Below the pieces are notes generated by a model. It was not told the origin of the DNA. It searched no databases and saw only the letters and a list, made by a program, of their open reading frames with translations. Below are positions 17,883 through 27,647 of a stretch of 64,000 nucleotides of DNA, in pieces; the stretch's first letter is position 1, and each line of letters opens with the position of its first letter. The position numbers were made by a program, and so were the translations under genes. The stretch is taken from positions 1 through 64,000 of the forward strand of contig JAHLWR010000003.1 of assembly GCA_019057815.1 (NCBI GenBank). Reading direction: 5' to 3'. Source of the DNA: Candidatus Heimdallarchaeota archaeon (GTDB taxonomy: Archaea > Asgardarchaeota > Heimdallarchaeia > Heimdallarchaeales > Heimdallarchaeaceae).

Positions 17883-19352
17883 CTAGGCAAATGGATTTTT
17901 CATTAATCTAAGATTGACTAGTAGTTTCATTATTTTCACCCCAAATCTAATTTTGAAGTCCATTTTCTTCGCAGTGACATCTAGAGAAGATACCCTAAGA
18001 TAAGGAACTTCGTTATTTAGACCTTTCTTTCTCTCTTTTGATATGAGGTCTATATCTTTTAACAGCTGCGGGATTGTACCTGATATGGTTATATCTTGGA
18101 CTGGGAACTGAATCTCTCCATTCTTAATATACCAACCCCCACCTGTAACTGAGAATCTTCCGCTACTAAAATCAGACATGTGAATTCCCATGAAGTTTTT
18201 TAGCATAAACCCTTCTCTAGTTTCAGTTAACATCTCATCAAGAGATGAATCACCAGGTTCAATCACTGTTGAATAGGATCCAATTGATGGTGGTGATTTT
18301 ACAGGATTACCTCCAAATAATCCTCCTCCTCGAGTTGCTTTACCATTACTCTCCATATTTAGTTTTCCAGCATAATAGGTGTCTAGATAATATGTTTGAA
18401 GAACCCCTTTGTCGATTAAAGCTGTTTCTTGAGTAGGAATCCCTTCACCATCATAGCTAGCAGAAGGTATCATATCAGGATGATGAGGATTATCGATCAA
18501 ACTAAAATTGTCTGGTGCAATCAATTCACCTATTCTATCAGAATAAGGTGTTTCTCCTCTAAATGCTTTATCTCCGCGTAGTAGAACATTAAGAATCGTA
18601 AATAATCCACCCATAAGCCCATATGAACCGTCAGGAGGGATTATGATAGGATATTTTCCAGCAAGAGAAAGTGTTCGAGGTTTAGCTAATTGTAATGTTT
18701 TATCTATAGCAATATTTCTTATTGAGACACCATCTATATTTCCCCACTTTCTCGCACCCTCAAAATGGAAATCGTAGTTTGGAAATCCATGAACTGATAA
18801 GAATCCAACCCCTCCTCCATACCCTGCATCTTGATCATGAATATCTATTCCTTGAGAATTTTTCAGAAAACTATCTCCTGTTCCTAAAATGCCCATAGCT
18901 TGTAAGAAAAAGAGATTTTTAGGTAAATCTTCTGTTATTAAATCCTCGAAAGCAGAAGCTACTTCTTCATTACTAATGTTGAACAATTTCTCGTCTAGTG
19001 GCAAATCAGAAAGAGATTTTGCTGGAGTTGGAAATTCTTTCAAATCTGAATCAGGTTTTTTTGTTTTAGCATTTTGGATAGCTGAATCAACTGTATGTTT
19101 GATATCCGATTCATTAAAAGAAGATGTGTAAGCAAAACCCAACGCATTATTTGCAATTACTCGAAACGCCATTCCATGTAAGATACCAATATTATGTTTA
19201 GGTAGATTTTTCTCTAATTGGAAATTAAAAGATCGTTGATTGAGTCCAAAAGCTTCACTATATTCAGCGCCAGCTTTCTTTGAGTATTCCAACCCATAAT
19301 TAAGAGCTTTTTCGATTTTTTCACTGATTTCGTCTTTTACCATTATTATCAT
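17883..19352 (-). CDS. pmbA: PmbA/TldE family protein
   Basis: YDGEGIPT, LIDKGVLQTY, FSSGRFSV, ISGTIPQLL; no HExxxH; overlaps the tldD stop. Confidence 0.88.
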   Translation of the reverse strand: MIIMVKDEISEKIEKALNYGLEYSKKAGAEYSEAFGLNQRSFNFQLEKNLPKHNIGILHGMAFRVIANNALGFAYTSSFNESDIKHTVDSAIQNAKTKKPDSDLKEFPTPAKSLSDLPLDEKLFNISNEEVASAFEDLITEDLPKNLFFLQAMGILGTGDSFLKNSQGIDIHDQDAGYGGGVGFLSVHGFPNYDFHFEGARKWGNIDGVSIRNIAIDKTLQLAKPRTLSLAGKYPIIIPPDGSYGLMGGLFTILNVLLRGDKAFRGETPYSDRIGELIAPDNFSLIDNPHHPDMIPSASYDGEGIPTQETALIDKGVLQTYYLDTYYAGKLNMESNGKATRGGGLFGGNPVKSPPSIGSYSTVIEPGDSSLDEMLTETREGFMLKNFMGIHMSDFSSGRFSVTGGGWYIKNGEIQFPVQDITISGTIPQLLKDIDLISKERKKGLNNEVPYLRVSSLDVTAKKMDFKIRFGVKIMKLLVNLRLMKNPFA

Positions 19353-20755
19353 CCTACAACTATATTTTTGACAGCCATCCAACCACCTGAGACACCAACA
19401 GGTGCAGATTGTCCGTCTTTTCCGCAGAAACCGATAGAATCTAGTGGGTCGTCAAATTCAGGTGAAATCCCAGTAATTTTCTTTAAGGTTTCCATTGTGT
19501 TACCTGCTAATGTTGTGGGTCGATATCTTTGACCTATTTCACCATCTTTAATTTCGTAAAGCTCAGCAACACCAAAATTGAAGGTTCCCTTGATTGGATC
19601 AACCTGTCCACCACCACCTTGCATCATAAGATAGCCGTTTCCAGTAAGCTCTAAAAGATCATCAGGTTTCATTGGGTTTGATGCTGGAGCGATATAGGTA
19701 TTTGTCATCCTAACTATTTGAGGAACGTTATATGCTTCAGCTCTGGCATTTCCAGTTGCTTTTAAACCAAAATGCGAAGCTGTTGCTCTGTCTGTAAGAT
19801 ATGTCTCAAGAACTCCATTTTTAGTGATAAATGTTTTTTGACCTAGAACTCCTTCGTCGTCATATTTGAGATAGCCAAAAGTTTTAATTCCTTTCGATTC
19901 AATCATCGACCCATCATCGATAAGGTTGACGTCTGGTGCGGCGATTCGCTTTCCTAATTTGCCACGTAAGACACCTGCTGTTAGAAGAAAATCAGCTTCA
20001 GCTGAATGGCCTGCAGCTTCATGAGAGAAGAGATGATTAAGTGTTCCATCTAGAACAACAGGATATTTTCCAGGTTTTACTTTTGGAGATTTTAGTCCTT
20101 CAAGAGCGCGCTCTTTGGCTTTATCCCCAATTTGTTGTGGTGTTCTAACATCAACGATTTCCACACCTCCCATATGTCCAATTCTGCATCTTCCTTCTAT
20201 AGTGTCATTACCTTCCCTTGCTACAGATATGGAATACATCATAACGTAAGGAACATTGTAATCGATTTTAGTTCCTTCTGATGTTGCCAACGTCATTCTT
20301 CTTAATACTTCACGGTAAACAGTTGTTCTAGACTTAATTTTCTCATCTTCTTGAGCTTTATCAGCTTCAAGCGTCATGTTGATTTTTTCATCAAAACCTA
20401 CATCTTCAATTTTTTTCTTTTGTTCTCCCTCAAATTTATCTAAAACAATTTTTGTCTCTGCAAGATTGAAGTCGATTTTCTTATGTTTTACATTCATTCT
20501 ATTAGCTTGTAAAGCCATTTGAATGATGTCTTCATGTTTTTCTAAAGGACCGTAAGAAAAACCCCAAAGATTATCTTTTAGAATTCGAATGCCAATTCCT
20601 GATTCTATTCCAGTACTGCTTTGTTCAACTTTACCATTAACAGTTCGAATCTGTGTCATTAAAGAGTTCTCTGTTCGAATATCAGAATAAGTGATATTAT
20701 GATTCTCGAGAATTTTGAAAACTTTATTAATCAAGTCTTCTGTCATTTTAATCAT
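19349..20755 (-). CDS. tldD: TldD metalloprotease
   Basis: HEAAGHSAEAD, YDDEGV, TGNARAE..RMTNTY, CGKDGQSAPVG. Confidence 0.93.
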   Translation of the reverse strand: MIKMTEDLINKVFKILENHNITYSDIRTENSLMTQIRTVNGKVEQSSTGIESGIGIRILKDNLWGFSYGPLEKHEDIIQMALQANRMNVKHKKIDFNLAETKIVLDKFEGEQKKKIEDVGFDEKINMTLEADKAQEDEKIKSRTTVYREVLRRMTLATSEGTKIDYNVPYVMMYSISVAREGNDTIEGRCRIGHMGGVEIVDVRTPQQIGDKAKERALEGLKSPKVKPGKYPVVLDGTLNHLFSHEAAGHSAEADFLLTAGVLRGKLGKRIAAPDVNLIDDGSMIESKGIKTFGYLKYDDEGVLGQKTFITKNGVLETYLTDRATASHFGLKATGNARAEAYNVPQIVRMTNTYIAPASNPMKPDDLLELTGNGYLMMQGGGGQVDPIKGTFNFGVAELYEIKDGEIGQRYRPTTLAGNTMETLKKITGISPEFDDPLDSIGFCGKDGQSAPVGVSGGWMAVKNIVVG

Positions 20756-20851
20756 TACAAGCTGAATGTCAAGCTTTTATAAATATATTCAAATAAATAA
20801 ACTTTCATTTTTGAGAAATACATATTTAAAAGGTTTATTCTTTAGTTTCTT

Positions 20852-21658
20852 ATGGATTTAGGATTGAAAAATAAACATATCTTAGTAACTGGGGGAGCAG
20901 GAGGAATCGGTCAATCGATTGTGAACACTCTTGCTCAAGAGGGTTCTAATGTTAGTCTTCACTACAGAACAAGTAAAGAACAAGCTATGAAAATACAAGA
21001 AAAAAACTCTAGAGAGCAAATTTTTACTATATATGCAGATTTAACAGAAGAAGCTGAAGTTCACAAGATGTTTAAGGATACAATAGGTAAATTTGGGCGA
21101 ATAGATGGGTTGGTTGTTAATGCTGGGATATGGTCTCCAGATAGTGCATTAACATCTGAACTAACTTTGGAACGATGGGAGAAAACGTTAAAAGTTAATT
21201 TAACTGGATCTTTTCTTTGTGTTAAAGAATTTTTCATAAATCTAAAGAACCATTCAGATGATTACGGTTCTATAGTTTTAATTGGTTCAACAGCCGGGTT
21301 GTTTGGTGAAGCAGGGTATGCTGATTACTCCGCAACAAAAGCAGCACTCATGTATGGATTGGTAAAAACATGGAAAAATGAAATAATACAATATGCATCT
21401 CTAGGAAGAGTAAATACTGTCGCACCAGGGTGGGTAAAAACGCCTATGGCAGAAGAATCACTGAAAGACAAAGAAATCATTAAGAAAATTCTACAAACTA
21501 TCCCTTTACAGAAAATTGCTTATCCAGTTGATATAGCTGCTCTTGTAACATTTTTACTTTCAGATAAAGTTGCAGGTCATATTTCAGGAGAAACCATTAT
21601 GGTTCATGGAGGAATGGAAGGGCGTCTACTTTTCGATAAGAACGAAATAGATCTCTAA
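20852..21658 (+). CDS. Short-chain dehydrogenase/reductase
   Basis: TGGAGGIG, VNAG, YSATK, NTVAPGWVKT. Confidence 0.92.
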   Translation: MDLGLKNKHILVTGGAGGIGQSIVNTLAQEGSNVSLHYRTSKEQAMKIQEKNSREQIFTIYADLTEEAEVHKMFKDTIGKFGRIDGLVVNAGIWSPDSALTSELTLERWEKTLKVNLTGSFLCVKEFFINLKNHSDDYGSIVLIGSTAGLFGEAGYADYSATKAALMYGLVKTWKNEIIQYASLGRVNTVAPGWVKTPMAEESLKDKEIIKKILQTIPLQKIAYPVDIAALVTFLLSDKVAGHISGETIMVHGGMEGRLLFDKNEIDL

Positions 21659-21733
21659 TATATTCTTAATATCAACTTGTTTTTTATGTCAGTATCGAAA
21701 AGTTTTATCTATATATTTCTTAAGTTTACTTGA

Positions 21734-22459
21734 ATGCCTAATATCTTCAAAGATGTCGACATTGAATCAAATTATTTTTCTGTTATTCAAAAAATAGAAA
21801 GTAGTGCTATAAAGTCTGGAAGATCTCTTGGAGATATTACTTTAGTAGGTATTACTAAAAGAATAGAAAAGGAAAGAATTTTTCCAGTTTTGAAAGTAGG
21901 GCTGAAAAACATAGGTGAAGTTGTTGGCACTGAGTTTAAACGTAAACTTCCAGATATAAAAGCTGTTAGTCCATCAGTTGTAATGCACGTTGTAGGAACT
22001 CTCCAGTCGAATAAAGTAAAATTCGCTGTGACAAACTGCGATATTATACAGAGTGTTAATTCATTAAGAATCCTTAATGCTATAAATAAAAGAGCTAGCC
22101 AACTTGGAAAAATAATCCCTATACTATTACAAGTTGACTACAGCGACTACTCTTATCCAAAAGGATTGAATTTAGGGGAAACGAAAAAAATTCTTCAGAC
22201 GATTAGTGAATCATGTGAGCACGTAGAAGTTAAAGGAATAATGACTATCGCGCCTTTAAAATATGAGAATAATCTAAAAATATTAAGGGGTTTTTTTGCA
22301 AAAACATATACTATTTTTCAAAAAGAAATAATAAAAAATTTAGAAGTAGATATTCCTATACTTTCAATGGGTATGTCTAACGATTTTGAAGCAGCTATTG
22401 AAGAGGGTTCTAATATGGTTCGTATAGGCACAGCTATATTTGGCCCCCGATATAAATGA
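21734..22459 (+). CDS. yggS: YggS/PLPBP PLP-homeostasis protein
   Basis: LVGITK, HVVGTLQSNKVK, GIMTIAP, LSMGMSNDFEAAIEEGSNMVRIGTAIFG. Confidence 0.92.
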   Translation: MPNIFKDVDIESNYFSVIQKIESSAIKSGRSLGDITLVGITKRIEKERIFPVLKVGLKNIGEVVGTEFKRKLPDIKAVSPSVVMHVVGTLQSNKVKFAVTNCDIIQSVNSLRILNAINKRASQLGKIIPILLQVDYSDYSYPKGLNLGETKKILQTISESCEHVEVKGIMTIAPLKYENNLKILRGFFAKTYTIFQKEIIKNLEVDIPILSMGMSNDFEAAIEEGSNMVRIGTAIFGPRYK

Positions 22460-22558
22460 GTTGGAGGATTATTTTTCAAAGAAAAATTGTTAAGCATTGT
22501 TTAGTAGAACTTAAAAAAGAGCAAGTATATTAAGGAATGTAGAGGATATAGTCAAGTA

Positions 22559-23761
22559 TTGGTGTCCATCATGGGAAAATGGCGATTAATAAAAAATTCT
22601 GTCCGCTTTGCTTTTCGCGCAAAGCGTCGTTGGATAACTTTTGTAATAATTTTTGCGTTTTTATCTGCTTTCATCACATTCTTTGCAGGAGTTTTCAATA
22701 TGTACTCCACTGATGAATTGCTTGAACAAAAGGGATTCTACATTAAGGCTAATGGTTATGGTAGTGTTACTGATGCTCAAGCTCAGTCTATTTTTACTGA
22801 TATTTCAAGCTTATCTCAAGTAGAATCAGTAGCGCTCTTTCGTTACTTTGATTTAGGTGATTACATAAGAGTTTTCGGTGTAGATCCAGATTTTAAATGG
22901 GCATTTAGAGAAGCGAAACCCTCCCTTATAACAGACGGACGTTATATACACTCTTTAGGAGATGCTGTTGTTTCTCAAAATGCGACAATAAAAGCTGATG
23001 TAGGGACCTTTCCTGGTAATATTAGTGTTAGTCTACAAAAAGGGGACATTCTACATTTTGAAAACCCAACAACAACCTTTGAACTAAAAGTTGTTGGAGA
23101 AATAAATGATAGAATTGTAGCTCCAGATAAGTTGCGTATCTTCATTACAAATGACGATTTTGAATCTTTACATGCTGATTTTGGAGCAAGTACCCCAATT
23201 TACTGTTACAGCATGGCTGTACTAGTTAAAGGAGATCTCTATGCTCCTTTTAATTCCGATATTTATGATAATATGAATGCTCTAGATGATCCTTCTGAAC
23301 CTCTCTTTCTCTTAACTGAAAATCTTGCGTTTGGCGATTGGTTAGATCCTGATTATGCAATTCCAGATACAGTGAAAAAAGATCGTGCTTCAAGATTTTT
23401 GTATTTTATATTTGGAATGGTAGGAGGAATACTACTAACAATATTGTATAATTTTCTTATAGTTTGGTTCAGGAGAAGAGAAATAGCTGTTCTTAGGGCT
23501 ATGGGATATGAAAAAGGAGAAATACGAATTAATCTACTAGGTGAGTCGCTGACAATTAGTATTGTGGGCTATTTCGTAGGAATATTAGCAATCGTTATTT
23601 ACTTCTGGACACAACAAATGACATTTACTAATCAGCTTCTGAATCTCTGGACACTCTTAATATCGTTTGGAATAGTTGTAGGATTAACAGTGCCAGGTTT
23701 GTTATTATCGAGTTTCTCCTTCGTTAGAGTAAGCCCAGTAATTCTCTTTAAAGCTAGGTGA
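22559..23761 (+). CDS. MacB/FtsX-like ABC permease
   Basis: TM1, large extracytoplasmic domain, then 3 TMs; RRREIAVLRAMG motif. Confidence 0.88.
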   Translation: MVSIMGKWRLIKNSVRFAFRAKRRWITFVIIFAFLSAFITFFAGVFNMYSTDELLEQKGFYIKANGYGSVTDAQAQSIFTDISSLSQVESVALFRYFDLGDYIRVFGVDPDFKWAFREAKPSLITDGRYIHSLGDAVVSQNATIKADVGTFPGNISVSLQKGDILHFENPTTTFELKVVGEINDRIVAPDKLRIFITNDDFESLHADFGASTPIYCYSMAVLVKGDLYAPFNSDIYDNMNALDDPSEPLFLLTENLAFGDWLDPDYAIPDTVKKDRASRFLYFIFGMVGGILLTILYNFLIVWFRRREIAVLRAMGYEKGEIRINLLGESLTISIVGYFVGILAIVIYFWTQQMTFTNQLLNLWTLLISFGIVVGLTVPGLLLSSFSFVRVSPVILFKAR

Positions 23762-23765
23762 TAAA

Positions 23766-24524
23766 ATGGGTGATCAAATAATTAAGACTGAAAAAGTGAC
23801 AAAAATCTATAAAAGAGGAAGATCTGAAATAGTAAGAGCATTAGATAAAGTTTCTCTAGAAATAAATGCTGGAGAAATTCTAATGATTATTGGACCCAGT
23901 GGTTCAGGAAAGACAACTATACTAAATTGTCTCTCAGGTCTTGATACAGTTACAGAAGGGAAAATACTCTTCAATACTTCTCGAGCAGGAGAAGGTTTCA
24001 AAATAATAGAAAACAAGAAAAATAAAGAAGAATCAAGCAGAAAGAAATCGTCAAATTTCATCGATATTACAACATGGAACGAGAAACAGCTTACTGCATA
24101 CAGAAGACATAATATAGGTTTTGTATTTCAAGCTTGGGAACTAATTCCGACATTGAAAGCTGTTGAAAATGTTGAGTCCAGCTTATATACTTCACGAATA
24201 CCCTCCTCCGAGATACGAGAAAAATCTATTAAATTGTTACGTAAGGTTGGTTTAATAGACAAAGAGTATGCTTATCCAGACCAATTGAGTGGTGGAGAAC
24301 AACAACGTGTAGCTATTTGTAGAGCTTTAAGTAAAGAACCACGAATAGTTTTTGCTGATGAACCAACAGGTAATCTTGATAGTGATAGTGGTAATCAGAT
24401 AATGAGGCAAATGAAGATAATCTCTAGAGAAGGAGCAGCAGTGGTCATAGCTACACATAATATGGAATTAAGGAAATTTGCTGATCGAATCATAAAAATA
24501 CATGATGGACAAATAAGCTTTTAG
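23766..24524 (+). CDS. ABC ATPase, LolD/MacB/FtsE type
   Basis: [37 protein letters not shown]. Confidence 0.93.
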   Translation: MGDQIIKTEKVTKIYKRGRSEIVRALDKVSLEINAGEILMIIGPSGSGKTTILNCLSGLDTVTEGKILFNTSRAGEGFKIIENKKNKEESSRKKSSNFIDITTWNEKQLTAYRRHNIGFVFQAWELIPTLKAVENVESSLYTSRIPSSEIREKSIKLLRKVGLIDKEYAYPDQLSGGEQQRVAICRALSKEPRIVFADEPTGNLDSDSGNQIMRQMKIISREGAAVVIATHNMELRKFADRIIKIHDGQISF

Positions 24525-24535
24525 GAGTTAGTAAA

Positions 24536-26152
24536 ATGCCAAATGAAGTATTTCTGAAATTAGTTAGTTCTGAGTTTTCAGGGGAAGAAGCATCGCAGAT
24601 AGATTATGCTTCCATTGTAGGGTATGCATTAGATAGCACGCCTAAGAAAGCAAAATTAGAAGGGATATATAGCTGTTATGTACCCTTCTTTGCGGTAAAG
24701 ATAAACGAAGGTAATTACCTTGCTATAAATGCACTACAAACACAAAAAAACAAGCTATCAGTTAGTAAAATCCCTGATGTAACAGACATAAAAAAGGTTC
24801 TTAATACAAAATATAACTCTCTTGAAGAACAGTATAGAGCCATAGAAAAAGAAATGACCTCCAAACAAGTATATCATTTAGAAATTAGCGGAGCGCTTGT
24901 TAGCAAATCAATTGAAGGATTAGCAAAACTAATTACTCAACACTCTTCTAGATCAGATTCAAAATATAAGAAAATACATCCTCTAGTAACACGAGAAAAT
25001 ATTAAAAGAGAAATTCAAGCTGTGAGCAAATATGTTGTTACAGAGACTGAACTAGAGTCTTTAATAAATAAAATGATGGATGATATAGGACAATATTTTG
25101 AGAAGGTAATTGTACAGAAGAAGAAAGAAAAAGAGCAAGTTAACACAAAATATCAAGAGATTTTGAAAGAGAGAAAAGAAGAAATCAATGAAAAAATACA
25201 AGAAATAAATAAGGAAGAAGATGCAGAAAAGAAGAAGATCGACCAAAATGCTGCGAATGAAAAAAACGAATTGTTACATAATATAATAGAAAACACAAGA
25301 TGGAATCAGCTCAAAAAAGATTTAGTTTCTCTACAAGAATCATACGATCAACTTAAAGGCAGAATTGATAAAGTCACAACAGTTGATCAAATTGAAGGTA
25401 TTATTAGAACTCTTAGAGATATCCAAGACGATACACAATCTTTTGGTGTGGGTGTAAATTCTACTCTTTCTGATATGGATTATAGAAAATCAGAGTTCTC
25501 TGATATTGGTCAACAATCTGCAGTTGATAAGAGAAATGTTTCTGATAGGATGAGTACATTTAAAGAAGACTTAAAGAGACAAATTCCTGATATTGAAAAT
25601 GAGAAAAACACAGAACTTAGCGAAAAAGAAACTGAAATTCGTGATGCTCAAAACCTCTTAAAAAAATTCAATGCCAATAGAAGCTTATACAAAAAACAAA
25701 TACAAAGCAATTATGTAATCGTTTCTGATTATTCTTTATCTGGGGATTTACTTGGTGCATCTGAAGCTGAAGGAATAGTGACAATCAATGTTCCTGTTGC
25801 AATCTGCAAGTATAAGGCAAGTAATAAATTTTCATATACTATTTTACCACCTTGTTCAATACCAAATAAAATGAAGAAACCACGTTCTCATTCCATTAAA
25901 AGTATGAACGGTAGAATAGGTTTCGATTGTATGGCAATAGAGGTTTTATCTTTTCTCAAGCATCCGCTTGAAACAATTCTTGCTACATCACCCGACTTAC
26001 AAGTAGAAATCCAAGGAGATAACAATGAAATAATTTCTAATGGTGATCTATCTACTTTGAATACTGGGCTTAAACTTCTTGAGCAACGGAAATCTTTTCC
26101 TACAAAGAATGCAGATGCAATTCTAGCTCTTTCCAGGGAATTATTATCTTAA
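24536..26152 (+). CDS. Cytoplasmic long coiled-coil protein of unknown function
   Basis: E/K/Q heptad-rich core of about 220 aa between two globular ends; GGAG RBS 11 nt after the ABC ATPase. Confidence 0.7.
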   Translation: MPNEVFLKLVSSEFSGEEASQIDYASIVGYALDSTPKKAKLEGIYSCYVPFFAVKINEGNYLAINALQTQKNKLSVSKIPDVTDIKKVLNTKYNSLEEQYRAIEKEMTSKQVYHLEISGALVSKSIEGLAKLITQHSSRSDSKYKKIHPLVTRENIKREIQAVSKYVVTETELESLINKMMDDIGQYFEKVIVQKKKEKEQVNTKYQEILKERKEEINEKIQEINKEEDAEKKKIDQNAANEKNELLHNIIENTRWNQLKKDLVSLQESYDQLKGRIDKVTTVDQIEGIIRTLRDIQDDTQSFGVGVNSTLSDMDYRKSEFSDIGQQSAVDKRNVSDRMSTFKEDLKRQIPDIENEKNTELSEKETEIRDAQNLLKKFNANRSLYKKQIQSNYVIVSDYSLSGDLLGASEAEGIVTINVPVAICKYKASNKFSYTILPPCSIPNKMKKPRSHSIKSMNGRIGFDCMAIEVLSFLKHPLETILATSPDLQVEIQGDNNEIISNGDLSTLNTGLKLLEQRKSFPTKNADAILALSRELLS

Positions 26153-26216
26153 TTCCCTTCCCTTATCGCTCAAACAAATTTTTATAACACTAATCAAGAA
26201 CCATTGTTGGAAAGCT

Positions 26217-27143
26217 ATGAAAGGTGATTTGATTCAACATCTTTTTACAACAAGAAAATTATCAAAGCAAGATATAGAAAATCTTTTTGATTTAACGAAA
26301 AAGATTGAGAATAATCCAGATTATTATTCAGAGTTTTGTAAAGGGAGAATTCTAGGTAATTTATTCTTTGAACCCAGTACTCGAACTAGGTTGTCTTTTG
26401 AAAGTGCAATGTTAAGGCTTGGGGGAAAGATACTCGGATTTACTAGTTCAAGGGATAGTAGTGCAACTAAAGGTGAAAGTATTGCTGACACGATAAGGAT
26501 GGTTAATCATTATGCGGATATCGCAGTTGTTAGGCATTATATGGAAGGTGTAGGTGAAATAGCTAAACAATTTGCAACGATTCCAATAATTTCAGGCGGA
26601 ACAGGAACACAAGAACATCCAACTCAAGCACTTTTGGATCTTTATAGTCTTAAGAAAGAATTTGATAAAATTGATGGTCTTAATATTGGTTTTCTTGGTG
26701 ATTTGAAATATGGGCGAACAATACCTTCTTTGCTGTATTCATTAATCAAGTACGATAATGTTAAGATTAATCTAATATCTCCAAAGACTTTACGAATAAG
26801 AAGCAATGTTGAAAATAGATTGAATGATGCAAAGAGTGATTATTTAGTAACAGAAAATCTCCATGAAGTACTTGAAACTTTAGATGCTTTATATGTGACA
26901 AGAATTCAAAAAGAAAGATTTCTTGATCCAATAGATTATGAAAGATTGAAAAATTCTTATAAAATAACTCCCGATACTTTGCAGGATGTCAAAGATCACT
27001 TCATCATTTTGCATCCTCTTCCTCGTGTAGATGAGATCCATTATGATGTTGATAAATTGAAATACTCTCGTTATTTTGAACAGGCGAAAAATGGTGTGTG
27101 GGTTCGTATGGCTTTAATATTGAAATTATTAGGAGTTGAATAA
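26217..27143 (+). CDS. pyrB: Aspartate carbamoyltransferase, catalytic subunit
   Basis: FFEPSTRTRLSFE, HPTQALLD, GDLKYGRT, HPLPRVDEI. Confidence 0.97.
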   Translation: MKGDLIQHLFTTRKLSKQDIENLFDLTKKIENNPDYYSEFCKGRILGNLFFEPSTRTRLSFESAMLRLGGKILGFTSSRDSSATKGESIADTIRMVNHYADIAVVRHYMEGVGEIAKQFATIPIISGGTGTQEHPTQALLDLYSLKKEFDKIDGLNIGFLGDLKYGRTIPSLLYSLIKYDNVKINLISPKTLRIRSNVENRLNDAKSDYLVTENLHEVLETLDALYVTRIQKERFLDPIDYERLKNSYKITPDTLQDVKDHFIILHPLPRVDEIHYDVDKLKYSRYFEQAKNGVWVRMALILKLLGVE

Positions 27144-27628
27144 TGGTGAATGATTCTTCAACCGGTGAGGAGAAAATACTTACTGTGGCTAAAATTGAGA
27201 ATGGCACAGTTATTGATAGAATCCCTCCAGGAAAATCTTTAAGAGTTTTTGAAGTTCTGGGTATCGATTCCAATTATCCATATGTTGTAGCTCTAGCGAT
27301 GAGAGTTCCATCGGTTAAAATGAAAGTGAAAGATGTTGTAAAGATAAAAGGAAAAGCACTAACTTCAAAAGAAATCCAAACATTAACTTTTATAGCACCT
27401 CATTCTACTGTAAATATTATAAAAAATTTTAAGGTTATAAATAAAACAGAGTTAACGATTCCTAACAAAGTAGAAGAAATAATTAATTGCATTAATCCTA
27501 ATTGTGTAACAAACGCACATGAACCTGTTGTATCTTCATTTGATATTATATCAAAAGAACCTTTAGTATTGAGATGTGTATACTGTGATAGATTATTAAA
27601 AGGGGATACTCTACAGAATCAGCTGTAA
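27143..27628 (+). CDS. pyrI: Aspartate carbamoyltransferase, regulatory subunit
   Basis: IENGTVIDRI, CINPNCVT, RCVYCD; TAATG overlap with pyrB. Confidence 0.96.
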   Translation: MVNDSSTGEEKILTVAKIENGTVIDRIPPGKSLRVFEVLGIDSNYPYVVALAMRVPSVKMKVKDVVKIKGKALTSKEIQTLTFIAPHSTVNIIKNFKVINKTELTIPNKVEEIINCINPNCVTNAHEPVVSSFDIISKEPLVLRCVYCDRLLKGDTLQNQL

Positions 27629-27647
27629 TTAACTGATTCACCTTTTC

